The position numbers were made by a program, and so were the translations under genes. This document shows, in pieces, positions 45,914 through 56,800 of a DNA stretch of 64,000 nt (position 1 is the first letter of the stretch; each line of letters starts with the position of its first letter). Origin of the DNA: a virus; the IMG/VR virus record IMGVR_UViG_3300046808_000337, positions 6,038 through 70,037 of that record; one strand, 5' to 3'. The notes beneath the pieces are model-generated. The model had not been told where the DNA came from and did not search any database. It saw only the letters and a list, made by a program, of their open reading frames with translations.

Positions 45914-47734
45914 TTATGAAATAGATGTTGATTGACGGGTCCTTGGAAAGTCCCAATTTTTCCAGTTTAAAGTACCAGCAATTATCTGTCCACCTCTTGT
46001 ATAAATTGTTTGTCCATTAGAACTATTAACAGGACCGCTGCTAACACCTCCGTTGATAACAAACATATCTTGGGACGCACCTGGAAGAAGGGTAAATATA
46101 GTGCTTGCTCCACCAGTAGGATCTGTACCCACACTCATTGCATTACCAACTACAGTTGCCCAAGAACGCATTATTAAACTTGTTCTTATCTTATACTCTA
46201 TTGATGGAAGCAGCCTAAGAGCAGATCCTGTAGATCCTGATTGTAATATGCAAGTCAGGCTATTACAGTCCCATCCTATGGTTCCCTTGTGAGTAAAAGT
46301 AAAATTTAATGTAGCTCCTGTTAAGTTAAATGTTAAAATCCTAAATGGAACTGTATCATAAAAAAACAAAAGTGTTCCGAAAGCAACACCGGCAGACCCT
46401 GTAAAATGTTCAATAGCAGGTATTGTAACACCAGCAGAACCAAAACCATAAAATGCAGCAGACTGCCCAGCCAATATACTTGCCCCGGGACTAAAAGTTA
46501 CTGCTCCAGCAGTATATGTAAAAGAACCCGCATCTCTAAATCCGATAATAGTTGAAATTGTTACTGATCCCGTTGTATTTATTTGAACCTGCCAAGCTGT
46601 ACCCCAAGATGTATTGGTTGTACTGGCACCCGATTCAGAATAAGTTACAGAAGCTCCTTGTAGTACAACAATTGTACTGCTTGCATTTCTCATACCGCCA
46701 TTATGCACAAAGTTTCCATTTGCATAAATAGTTCCTCCACTTGTTAGTATTGGAGCTTTAGTAGCAGAAAGCGGATTTGTGGAAAGAGTTCCTACGACAC
46801 ATACATTTCCAGTTATAGCACAAGCTCCTGGTGACGCCCCTACTGAGAATGTTGTAAAAGCTAGGTTGTTAAAGTTTACCCCTGTACTACTAGTCGTTGT
46901 GGCAGAAGTAGAGGAACTTCCATTTAAGTTGATTGAATATCCATTACCGCCCTGATTCCCTAATAAATGAAAAGTACCAGTGTGTATTACCGTGCCTGAT
47001 ACATAAGTAAAGTTTGTGCCTGCAACACTTACTGATCCTCCAAAACAACAGTTATTCCCTATAGTAATAGTTCCTGGAGTATCTATCACAATGCTTACAC
47101 CAAATCCTATTATAGAGTTGGCGACACCTGCAAATGTGGCCGCCACAGACCAAGTGCCTGTACCAGCCAATTTTATTGTTGTGAGAGCTGCTGCATTTGC
47201 AATTACCCTAGATGCGTTGCCAAATGATTGATATGAAAAACTACCGTTAACAGTAATGGTAAACGAGCCCTGCAAAGTCATGGCGTGATTAATTCCTGGG
47301 CCTAAAAATAAATTTTGTACAGTCCAGTTGTCCGTTATTGTAGCAATTGAGTTGGCTGCAATAAAATTGTTGTTTATCCCCAAACCGTTTGGCCATACCT
47401 TACCATTGCTAGTAAGTGTTGTAGTTCCATTGGCTCTTGTAGATATACTGCCCGTCCCTGCTACGCCCATAGTGGGGGAAAGAGTAACCGTATGACCTGG
47501 ATTTGCAGAAGCAGCAGATCCAACCAAAATACCATTGGTCATGGTTATAGTGTTAGTATAACCAGTAAAGTTCAAATTTCTACATACAGCCGTTGTAATG
47601 TTTACTGTACAGTTAGGGGAAGATGCATTAAATATAGCATCTGACCCCGCACCTGTGGCAGAGGGTAGTACCCCAGTATCCCAGTTACCGGCAGTACCCC
47701 AGTTACTATCTATGGCTCCCGTAAAGATTGGCAT
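45914..47734 (-). CDS. T/G/S-rich beta-helix tail spike/fibre protein
   Basis: 606 aa; NWGTAGNW..G.LP and FTGYT.T motifs; AT-rich DNA. Confidence 0.6.
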   Translation of the reverse strand: MPIFTGAIDSNWGTAGNWDTGVLPSATGAGSDAIFNASSPNCTVNITTAVCRNLNFTGYTNTITMTNGILVGSAASANPGHTVTLSPTMGVAGTGSISTRANGTTTLTSNGKVWPNGLGINNNFIAANSIATITDNWTVQNLFLGPGINHAMTLQGSFTITVNGSFSYQSFGNASRVIANAAALTTIKLAGTGTWSVAATFAGVANSIIGFGVSIVIDTPGTITIGNNCCFGGSVSVAGTNFTYVSGTVIHTGTFHLLGNQGGNGYSINLNGSSSTSATTTSSTGVNFNNLAFTTFSVGASPGACAITGNVCVVGTLSTNPLSATKAPILTSGGTIYANGNFVHNGGMRNASSTIVVLQGASVTYSESGASTTNTSWGTAWQVQINTTGSVTISTIIGFRDAGSFTYTAGAVTFSPGASILAGQSAAFYGFGSAGVTIPAIEHFTGSAGVAFGTLLFFYDTVPFRILTFNLTGATLNFTFTHKGTIGWDCNSLTCILQSGSTGSALRLLPSIEYKIRTSLIMRSWATVVGNAMSVGTDPTGGASTIFTLLPGASQDMFVINGGVSSGPVNSSNGQTIYTRGGQIIAGTLNWKNWDFPRTRQSTSIS

Positions 47735-47735
47735 A

Positions 47736-47972
47736 CTATAACTGATTTAGAACCTGCTCAGTAACCTGACGAGCTAATATTTTATCCTTCTCTGTGACTA
47801 TTCTGTTTTCTATATTATTCTCCACCTCTTCTACGCTTTGTGGTAGGAAGTGGTAGATTACAACATCAATAAGATCCGTAATATCCCCGGCGAATTGAAT
47901 AGAGACGTCCGTTACGAGAGCATCTCCTTCGAGGTACTTGTTGTTGATTGTATAACTATGAGTGATTGCCAT
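47736..47972 (-). CDS. Small acidic protein, possible fibre chaperone
   Basis: 78 aa directly after the fibre gene. Confidence 0.4.
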   Translation of the reverse strand: MAITHSYTINNKYLEGDALVTDVSIQFAGDITDLIDVVIYHFLPQSVEEVENNIENRIVTEKDKILARQVTEQVLNQL

Positions 47973-47978
47973 ATTGTT

Positions 47979-50900
47979 TTATATTTTAGTTACAAGCAAT
48001 TGAAGGTTTGCCCAAGAGAATACCGCAGCCCCTGACTCTACGTTAAATCCAAGGATGTCGTTAGCGGCAAGAGTAACTGATGTCCACCCAGAAGGTGATG
48101 CACTTGTTATTTGCTGTGTGGCGCTCGTTAGGAATGGCTTGGTCCCGCCTCCAACCAATGAGTTAGCTACCGTTGGGATAGCATTGTTTGCCCTCCATAT
48201 ATCAAACGTCACGGTTGCTCCCAAACCAGAATTACCTGTCAAGATCGACCATGTGTTAATTGTACAAGCGTATGGGATTCTTATGTACCCCTTCTGGCCG
48301 GCTGTAATTACACCTCCCGATCCGTCAACCGTAATACCTATGCTGAACGTACCCGATAAGCTTGGAACGCTGCCCGTTTTCCATTGGCTATCAGCCGAAT
48401 CAAAGTATATCGTATCATTATCGTTAGGCGACTGCGCCTGTACGTCATGAAGCTCATCTAACTCGTATCCGTTCTGGCATCGAACGTAGATCTGACCATT
48501 ACCCGCGTTGCTCTTCTCTACTATACCCACGTACACACGGTGTGTTGGTGCATAAGTTGGAGTTGATGTATAACCTCCGGGTGTGGTTCCGCTCAAGTAC
48601 AGGGTAGCACCTGCCGCAAACGCCGCCGTGTTGATTCCCTCTATTACACCTTGAATGATGATGTAACCCTCGCCACCCGCTGCGATTGATGAGTCGTAAA
48701 CCATACCAATCGTCTTTGCCGAAGTGTCGTCTGCATTAGCAAGAGCGAGCTTTACGCTCATCCTGTCTCCGGAAGCACCAAACGCATATACTACCTGACC
48801 CTTGGTTATTGGGGCAGCCTCTGAGTTGTGTACGTATGCAAGTAGTTGGTTGGTCACCAATCCGATTGCTTGGAAGTTTGTTCCGTCATACACGACCATG
48901 ATTTCTTGGCCTGCCTTGATATCCCCTGCCGCAATCTTTACATTGGTGTTCTTGAATATGTTGATTGGCGCAAGAGTATTTATCTGTAATGTAGACTCTC
49001 CCTCGTTGGTGCTATCAAAATTAATCATGAAGGCTTCGCCAGCCGTGTATGCGGTAACACCAGATATTGTCGCTTCATATACGCCGTCTGTCACCTGAAT
49101 AGCGTTTCCCGACTTTAAACCGCCGCCTCCGCCAGTTGGGGTAAACTCAACCACATCACCACTAGAGTTTACACCTAGCGCCCATACAGGGCTTGCATCA
49201 GGGAATTGAGCGGGGGTTTGGCCGTATTCATTTAACTTCAACTGACCAAGTGTGTCAATCTCAAGTTTGTTAACAGGAATAGGGCTTCCTGATTCCTTAA
49301 TGGAAACAAAGAAGTCAGCAGTTTCAGCATTGCCAGCAGCCGTTACTGATGTAGAAACAAATCCTATGTTACCTGCATCATAGCTTGTTGCGTTGTCATT
49401 GCTTAATGTATACAGAGTCTTGGCCCCATGTCCTATAAGTCCCCCTCCAATCCTTGTAGAAAAAACGTGGAGTGGCGTTCTTATCAAGTCTGCCACATCT
49501 GAGTTGGAACTTATTACTCCAGCCATTACTCCGTAAGATCTGCTGCCAATGGTCTGGATGTGATTATTAGTTGTTCCTAAAACGCCTATGCCTTTAGTGT
49601 TTCCTTGTCCAAAAATACCTGCTGAATTGTATGCCGCACCCGCATTTAAGCCTCCCCTAACGGCATAGGAAGCTCCAAGAGTAGCAACCAAGCTATTATT
49701 AGTCACGCTAAGCACACTAATTCCAGTTGGTGGTGTGCCAACTATTTGCAGGTTAAAGTCATCAAAGTTAAGATACCTATCCTGCGTAAACATATTGCCG
49801 ACAGTACCTGCATCTCCCGATGATAAGTACCCTAACTGAAATGTTTCGTTTGTAAGGGAGGTATTCTTGTATATGCCTTCGTTTGCGTCGTAGGTTCCGC
49901 CGCCACCGCCAAGAGGAACTTCCATTATTGACCCAGAAGCATTAACACCCAATCCGTATACCGCTGGACTAGCTGGATTTGTAAGCCAGGTTCCTATACC
50001 GTAAGTGTTAAATATCACTTGACCGTCCCCCTCAAATTGGGCAACCCTTCTGATGTTTGGGTCATTAGAAGGAAGTGTATACCCCTCTATGACAAAAGCA
50101 GTTCCATATTCTATAGCCAGTATGTTTTCCGGGCTTGCTATGTAGCCTATGTTACCTGCTTGCTTGTATCCAATACCCGTATTTGGGTCTGGTATTGCAA
50201 AAGATACCCTGGCAGACTTATCAGACGCATTTCCGGATGTTGTTGCGCTTCTCCATAGTTCTAAAACATTGTTTTGAGTATCGCTTTCTTGTAAGAAGTA
50301 AGACGCAAACTTCTGAGATACCTCCATACCGCTTACTGGAGCGTTTATTCTCAATCCAGATCCGGTTGTCGAGTCAAGATTTAATACAAATCCATCTCCA
50401 ACTGTACCTGAAACATTGAAATTAACCATCCCGCCTGGATATACGGGGTCAACACCCTCCATATTAAACGTAAACGTATCTAAGTCTACGAATCTGTTTT
50501 CTTGAAACGCTATACTAGCTTGCAGTCCAGATGGCGCACCAAGCATGAACGTGTCATTGGTAAGTGTAGTATCCTTATATACGCCTTGATTGGAGTCGTA
50601 GGTTCCGCCTCCACCATCTGCACTAAGTGTGTCGCCAGTCAAGGTCAACCCAGACCCAATAACGATCTGCTCGAAAACCCCTGTGCCTGAGCTATAACGT
50701 CCCACGAGGAATCCGCTGTCCATTATAGATGTAACAGTCCCTGTGGTTTCAATCGGATTCGGAGACGTGGTCAAGAGTCCTGTTGCGGTTACTGAGGTAA
50801 CAGTTCCTCCGCCCTCAGATAACTTCTTAAAGACGTTACCGCTCGTATCAACGGCAAGCACGTATTCGAGGTCGTTATTGATATTGCTTGTGCTGTTGCT

Positions 50901-52664
50901 GAACGCAGATGTAGCGTATTCATTCAACACAAGCTGACCAAATCCCTGCAACTCTAGCTTGTTTGAAAGCGTTCCGTTATCAACGAGTTGAACCTCAAAC
51001 CTAGTCTCCTCATTACCATCAACAAAACTTACCACCTCGGTAGACAGGCGAGAGCCTATGAAGTTTGAGCTGGCTACTACCGCGTTGTTGTTTCTGAACT
51101 GGTAGTCTATCGTCATCATGGCAAGCGATGGATCACCCGTGTAACGGAGGCGCAAAAGCGTGTCGTCCGCAGTCGGGAGGTTGCCCTCCATGTTTAACTC
51201 AAGTAACGGCTGGAGAAGGTCGACATCGCCGACGATTTCTACGGACGGATTAGGTCTTGAGCCTGATCCATAGTCCTGGAAGGTGGCTACACCGCCATTT
51301 CCAAGATTAGCCACACCAAATGGGAAGCGAGTGTCTTGGTCTGCGCTGCCTCTTACAGATAGTTGCCACTCGTTTACCGGACCGGGGCTTGCCCCCTCCG
51401 TAGTTTCTATTAAGGTATCTTCGATAAGCTGTCCGCCCAAGTGGAACACCAAAGGATCGGCAGGAGATTCTTTTGTATGAAGACCGTTTTCTACTGTGTA
51501 CACCGGGAGCGTAGCGAGTTCACCAAGTCCATTGATGTACTCTAAGGCTGTACCCGCGCCTGTTACCAAAATATCACCCGAAGTAGTAATGGGAGAATTA
51601 GTCACGGTAAATGCACTAGGCATATCAAGGCCAACGGATGTAACCGTACCTGTGCCTGCTAGGGTATATTCGACGTGACCCGAAGCGTCAAGGGCGAGAA
51701 CCATTCCCGGTGTTGCGGTTGCGTATCCGGGGGTTATGATATCTACAAATGCATTTCCCGAAATGGTTACAGCCCCCGGATCTATTTGCACAAATCCAAT
51801 TGAGCCGGCACCATCATCTGCGGTGTAAACCTGGTAAGCGATTGTGTCTATCGTGTATCGGTTTACATTAGTCCACCCAAAATTAAATCCTCCACCGTCA
51901 ACCGCGTTATTCTGCGTAAGCAAAGAACTAATGTTCAACGTGTCCTGCCAGTCTTGAACCAGCGATCCGCCAACGCTTGTAACGTCTACGCAAAGAGATG
52001 TACCAGCAGGGAATCCGGCAGGGCCGGTGAGAAGGGTAGAATCAAATTGAGCATACGTTCCTCCATCGCTATAGTTAGATAACTGATATACGCCGTAAAC
52101 AGTCGGGTCAGTCTTGCTGAAAATAAAAACCCATGAACCATCTTGGACTATAGGCCAAAAGCCTGTGAAGTCTTGGTTGTTTGCTGTGAAATAATTAAAG
52201 CGAACAGCTGACCCGCCGTCTACAAATATACCGGGGTTCTCAGCACCAGTATCACCAGCCGTATACTGAATGGAACATTCCGGCTCCGTATTCCCGCACT
52301 CGCAGCATCCCTTGAAGATAGCGGTTACAAGAAGTCGATATATTTCAACTGTCTTGGCTTGTACTACATCGGAAGAGTCTTGGAATGTAAGTGGGGTAAA
52401 TGTGTTACCACCAACGTCAGTTATCGCGTAAATTGTAAATGTAAACGAGTCCCCGGATACCTGTGAAATTGTAATGCTATCGTACCGATACGAAATGTAA
52501 GTCGGCGTCTGTGGCATGATTTGACTCATGCCTCGAACGTACTGATACGGGGCAACAGTCCCATTTAGAAAGGACACTGTGTCGTTTCCCTCTACTTGTA
52601 TTCGGGTAATTATGGGATTGTTGATATCAATCCGTTGCCTGTTCGATGTCGGTATTGTAGCCAT
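47979..52664 (-). CDS. Large tail fibre protein
   Basis: 1561 aa; GTVTSV motifs, repeated GQL.LNEY..L.V..SG.V..GGGG modules, KGQVVY and ELDELHDV motifs. Confidence 0.75.
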   Translation of the reverse strand: MATIPTSNRQRIDINNPIITRIQVEGNDTVSFLNGTVAPYQYVRGMSQIMPQTPTYISYRYDSITISQVSGDSFTFTIYAITDVGGNTFTPLTFQDSSDVVQAKTVEIYRLLVTAIFKGCCECGNTEPECSIQYTAGDTGAENPGIFVDGGSAVRFNYFTANNQDFTGFWPIVQDGSWVFIFSKTDPTVYGVYQLSNYSDGGTYAQFDSTLLTGPAGFPAGTSLCVDVTSVGGSLVQDWQDTLNISSLLTQNNAVDGGGFNFGWTNVNRYTIDTIAYQVYTADDGAGSIGFVQIDPGAVTISGNAFVDIITPGYATATPGMVLALDASGHVEYTLAGTGTVTSVGLDMPSAFTVTNSPITTSGDILVTGAGTALEYINGLGELATLPVYTVENGLHTKESPADPLVFHLGGQLIEDTLIETTEGASPGPVNEWQLSVRGSADQDTRFPFGVANLGNGGVATFQDYGSGSRPNPSVEIVGDVDLLQPLLELNMEGNLPTADDTLLRLRYTGDPSLAMMTIDYQFRNNNAVVASSNFIGSRLSTEVVSFVDGNEETRFEVQLVDNGTLSNKLELQGFGQLVLNEYATSAFSNSTSNINNDLEYVLAVDTSGNVFKKLSEGGGTVTSVTATGLLTTSPNPIETTGTVTSIMDSGFLVGRYSSGTGVFEQIVIGSGLTLTGDTLSADGGGGTYDSNQGVYKDTTLTNDTFMLGAPSGLQASIAFQENRFVDLDTFTFNMEGVDPVYPGGMVNFNVSGTVGDGFVLNLDSTTGSGLRINAPVSGMEVSQKFASYFLQESDTQNNVLELWRSATTSGNASDKSARVSFAIPDPNTGIGYKQAGNIGYIASPENILAIEYGTAFVIEGYTLPSNDPNIRRVAQFEGDGQVIFNTYGIGTWLTNPASPAVYGLGVNASGSIMEVPLGGGGGTYDANEGIYKNTSLTNETFQLGYLSSGDAGTVGNMFTQDRYLNFDDFNLQIVGTPPTGISVLSVTNNSLVATLGASYAVRGGLNAGAAYNSAGIFGQGNTKGIGVLGTTNNHIQTIGSRSYGVMAGVISSNSDVADLIRTPLHVFSTRIGGGLIGHGAKTLYTLSNDNATSYDAGNIGFVSTSVTAAGNAETADFFVSIKESGSPIPVNKLEIDTLGQLKLNEYGQTPAQFPDASPVWALGVNSSGDVVEFTPTGGGGGLKSGNAIQVTDGVYEATISGVTAYTAGEAFMINFDSTNEGESTLQINTLAPINIFKNTNVKIAAGDIKAGQEIMVVYDGTNFQAIGLVTNQLLAYVHNSEAAPITKGQVVYAFGASGDRMSVKLALANADDTSAKTIGMVYDSSIAAGGEGYIIIQGVIEGINTAAFAAGATLYLSGTTPGGYTSTPTYAPTHRVYVGIVEKSNAGNGQIYVRCQNGYELDELHDVQAQSPNDNDTIYFDSADSQWKTGSVPSLSGTFSIGITVDGSGGVITAGQKGYIRIPYACTINTWSILTGNSGLGATVTFDIWRANNAIPTVANSLVGGGTKPFLTSATQQITSASPSGWTSVTLAANDILGFNVESGAAVFSWANLQLLVTKI

Positions 52665-53311
52665 TATTTACATTCTTCTTCAGTCGCGAAGGTACAAAAT
52701 TCGTCGAGACTTTTGTACATTTTCGCATACTTAGAAGAAGAGAACTTGTCGCGCCACTCCATCTTGACCCGCGCCCACTCTGGCCCGGTTCGTACAGGCT
52801 GTGCTCGCCTTTCTTCCTTGGCGCCCGAAAAGATGAAATTAATCACAGACTTCTTGCTGGGACGACCGCCATTCTTGCGCTTACTCTCTATCAAAATCTT
52901 TACCTCGTCTAACTTTTCGTGGTTCGCTTCCTCCAGGAGTTCCACCATCTGACGAAGAGATATACAAGAATCGAGCTTACCACGGGTTATCGTAACCTTT
53001 TCACGAACGACTGGATCGCTGTCCAAAAACTTGATATCAAACCCAAGTTCGCGCATAGCGAAGGTAAGGGACAGAATATCCGCCTTGATTTGCGCCGTTC
53101 CCCTATTGGGAACTGAGGGGTAGATTGCGGAATGCCAGCTAGTCCTTTTGTCATCGTCTATAAATATTGATGTGTTGCTTATAGCATAGTCCCCAACGCC
53201 CCTTTCAACCAATACGGAGGCATCAGGAAACTTTTCCTTCAACTCACTAATTAGTACTCTATATTCACCTAATTCATGCGGCGTTGGATCCGCAAGTTTC
53301 AATTCAATCAT
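52664..53311 (-). CDS. Hypothetical protein
   Basis: Start reassigned to ATG 53311 downstream of TATATTTG (53336-53329). Confidence 0.6.
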   Translation of the reverse strand: MIELKLADPTPHELGEYRVLISELKEKFPDASVLVERGVGDYAISNTSIFIDDDKRTSWHSAIYPSVPNRGTAQIKADILSLTFAMRELGFDIKFLDSDPVVREKVTITRGKLDSCISLRQMVELLEEANHEKLDEVKILIESKRKNGGRPSKKSVINFIFSGAKEERRAQPVRTGPEWARVKMEWRDKFSSSKYAKMYKSLDEFCTFATEEECK

Positions 53312-53335
53312 AATTTCGTTTTGTTCTGCAAATAT

Positions 53336-53408
53336 AAAAGAAATCCCCGGGCCGTTGCCCAGGGAAAACCACATAAACACTAAACACTATATTACTTACC
53401 AAAACCAG
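53336..53408 (-). ncRNA. Candidate small RNA (G/U-rich)
   Basis: TTTG-N19-TATATTCG promoter, GTGTTTA repeats, terminator TCCCTGGG/CCCGGGGA-TTTCTTTT. Confidence 0.5.
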
Positions 53409-53480
53409 GGCGAATATATACGCAAGGTTCGTTTGTGCAAAATAATTTTGCATTAAATAATAAATGTCATATATTTGCCC

Positions 53481-53557
53481 CGCAAGTTCGCGCACACTAA
53501 GTGCAGTCGGGAGACGAGAACTTTGAGGGCGGGCTGATCACCGCCCTCTGTGTTTTC
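53481..53557 (+). ncRNA. Candidate three-way-junction small RNA
   Basis: TTTG-N19-TATATTTG; helices AAGTTC/GAACTT, GCAC/GTGC and TCG/CGA; terminator GAGGGCGG/CCGCCCTC. Confidence 0.5.
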
Positions 53558-53586
53558 AGAAGGTATACAACTACAGTAGGGAGAAA

Positions 53587-53802
53587 TTACTTATGGGAGC
53601 GCTTCGCCTTGGCCTTCTTATAGTGACCGTAAAGGACAACGACAGATACTGTACAAGCCAATAGTAGAGACGAAATTCGGAAGGCCCATTCGGCCTGTTC
53701 CTGCCACGATAGTACGGCTGCAAATGTTGTTAACAAAACTGATCCCGCAGCGTCTATATATCCTTGTCCTGTCATCTCCTGTTGATTTATATCATGGTGC
53801 AT
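53587..53802 (-). CDS. Small two-TM holin-like protein
   Basis: Two hydrophobic helices, basic tail; promoter TATATTTG at 53818-53811. Confidence 0.5.
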   Translation of the reverse strand: MHHDINQQEMTGQGYIDAAGSVLLTTFAAVLSWQEQAEWAFRISSLLLACTVSVVVLYGHYKKAKAKRSHK

Positions 53803-53820
53803 TGCGCTCACAAATATAGG

Positions 53821-56800
53821 TTACTTGCTAGTTTCTTTTTGTAGTTGCTTCAACTTTTTTTCGTAGTCAGCCACCGCTTCTTCAATCGTAGGAGGGATGC
53901 GCTTTCCAAGGGCCTTGAAGTACTCGTATGCCGCCGCGTTCTGTGCCAGCTTGGCCAGGTCGCCTATCTCGTCTGATATCTTTTCCTTCTTCTTCTTTTC
54001 GATGGCCATCTTCTTAGACTCCTCGTCGAGCTTGTCTTCCGGTACACCCTTCTTGATAGCCTCTGCGCGGGCCTGCTCAAGCTGGTTGTCGGTGACCTTC
54101 TCAAAGTTGGCCGGGAACTTCTTCTTGTCGTCGAGCGACGGCTTGGTGGCCGAGTATGTGTCCAAAAGGGTCGCTGCCTTCTTGCGGTAGTTTACGTTCA
54201 GCTGTACCAACTCATCGTCCGACAAAGGAACCGCGAACGTATCCTTCTTGATATCAGATATACCCTTGGGCTTAAACTCTTTTATGACTCCTGCCGTCTC
54301 CGGATTGTCATACTTCGGTGTAACCTTTTTGTCCTTGTACACGTTTATACCGGCACCTAAGAACGCATATGCGCTAAGGAAGGCCCCCTTCAGGTTTGGC
54401 TCCTCTTCAAATATTTCGAAAAGTGTGCTGGCGATCATAGGCGTCACACGCTCCTGTATCTGGTCGGTCAAAATAAAGTCCTCACCATAGGCGTTCACTC
54501 GCTTGCCATCTTCCTCGTGTGTGGTCAAGTAGTTTACAAGCAAGCTCGCGGTAGGATGCAGCTTGTTCCTTGCAAACTCAGCTATCAAGCCTCCCCGGGT
54601 GGGCGTGTTGTAGTCACCTAACTTCTTCTCCTCACCACCACGCACAAGGGCGTCGTTGTACAGGCGGGCCTGCAAAACAATGTGCTGGATAAATCCACCC
54701 CATGGGTCAATGTAGATGTCACCCATGCGGATCTTACCGAACCTAGAGCTGAGCGGGTTTAAGTCAACCTCAACCTCGTCCTCGTCGTCTTCGTTCGCCT
54801 TAAATGCTATCGTAGAGACTATACCGGTTGTAACAACAAACCATGTGATGAAGTCGCGTGCGGCCATCTTCTGTGCGACAGATGGGTAGAACGTACCCTT
54901 GTCCTTCAGCGTGAGTAAGAATATAGGAAACCCTACAGTAGACGTCTTCAGCTGGGACGCCCAGTTCTTTGGCGAGTAGAATATCTTAGAGAGTAGCCCG
55001 GCGTTCTTCTCGAGCGGTCCAAGCGAAGATCGACCGGTAAACGTGTTCACCATGTTGGCCACCTGCTTGTATGAGTCAGGATCAGTCTCGAACGTCTTTC
55101 CGTACTTGTCCCTGAGCATGGTTGCACCGTCCTCGAAGCGAAGCACACGCATGGTGTTGAGGTATCCAATACCCGCACGCTCAAAGGCCTTGAACGGGTT
55201 TGCTAACGTGACGCGTGTGTATGCGGCATTGCCGAACATCTTAAAAGGAAGCGCTAGGTAGTCCCACATGGAGTTACCCACACCACCCAAGAATCCTTCC
55301 TCCTTTTCAGACAACGACGCGTCGTACTCGGACAGTGAAAGCCCGGACTTCATCATCGTCTCGTAGTATGGCTGTGCCTTTATGAACTCTCCCCACTTGC
55401 GGGCACGGCTTTCACTCTTGAAGTGTTCGTAGGCCTTGTTGAACCCACGTATTGCGTACAGCGGGTGCGAAACGGTCAACTTGAGGCCCTGCACGAGCAC
55501 CATAGACAAGTCGAAGGTTGCCTGGAGCAGTCGGGCTATCTCCCAGAAGGCACCCAGTCCGTCCCATACCTTGGTTGGGCTGTTCTGTTTTTTAATCTTG
55601 TCGAGCTCCTTGTCGTACTGGTTCTGTAAGGTCTGGCGCTCTGCACGCAGTTCGTTCAGCTCCTCGTCTTCCTTTACCTTCTTGCGCTCCTGCTTGCTGA
55701 AGTCTCTTTCGTCAAGCCTGCGCTCGAGTTCTGCGATGCGCTTCTTTGCGTTCTCCTTGGCGTTTATCAGCCTCTGTGCGTCGCCTATGCCAGCCTCTTC
55801 GTATGCGTCCTGTATCTCCTGCGTGAGTTGCTTCTCCTTTTCGGTCAGCTTCGCCCTCTCCGAAGGCTTCTTGGCCTTGATCTTACCGGCCTGTATGTCC
55901 TCGAGCCTAGACTCCATGCGACCGATGTTGCGCAGTCTGGCGATCTCCCGCTGTATGTCGGTCTGGGTCATAGCCCGCTCACGTCCGTAACCACTTATGG
56001 CGTCGCGTATCTGGCGGTCAGTGGCGTTGGGGTACTTCTCTTGTATGCGAGACTTTATGTCCTGCACTAGCTCGTCCATGGTGGCTACCCCACTCTCTAC
56101 CGACTCACGGATAATGTTTGACGGTATGGATATCTTGCCGGGGGTGGTGCTCTGGAACTGTGCCCGCACCTGCGCCTCTACGGCCTTCTTGTCTGCGTCA
56201 GGCAGCGCCTGGAACCATGGCTCGGCACGTACAGCGTCTAGCGCAGCGTTTAAAGCAGCGTTGGATGCGGCACCGGAAAGGCTTGCCTTGGATATAAGTG
56301 AAGGCTTGCTCTTTAAATTCTTTACGGCGTTGGCTGCCGCGTCTACTATCTTGGCCCATGAGCCCTTGGGTATGCTAAGAGCGTTGCCCTTGGAGTCCTT
56401 GAACGACACAGACTTTTCCTTGAACTTCAGCACCTCAGCTGCCGCGTCGTTTGCCGTGTCCTTGATGTCTATGTTGGCCAGCTTGTCCTCGGCAGCCGCC
56501 TTGGCTATCTCGGCGAGGTTCCTTGCATCCTCTGCCTCCTTGGCCCGCTTCTCCATCTCGGCTATGCGGACGTTGAGCTCCTTTATACTCTCGTCTAGCT
56601 TGCGGTACTTCTCCTCGATCTCGGGGGATATGTAGTTAAAGTTCGCCTTCTTGTAGTCGTTGATCTGCTTGTCTAGGCTGTAGTTAAACAGCGAGTTCCG
56701 GTAGATGTCCTTGAGTGCGTTGGTGAACTGACCATAGGCAGTAGCCACCGCCGAGAACTCGTTCATCATCTTTGTCTGTAGGCTGTACAGCTCATTCTGA

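Noticed and set aside
44152-52664. Diversity-generating retroelement or invertible fibre locus
   Set aside because: No reverse transcriptase, recombinase or TR/VR pair recognised
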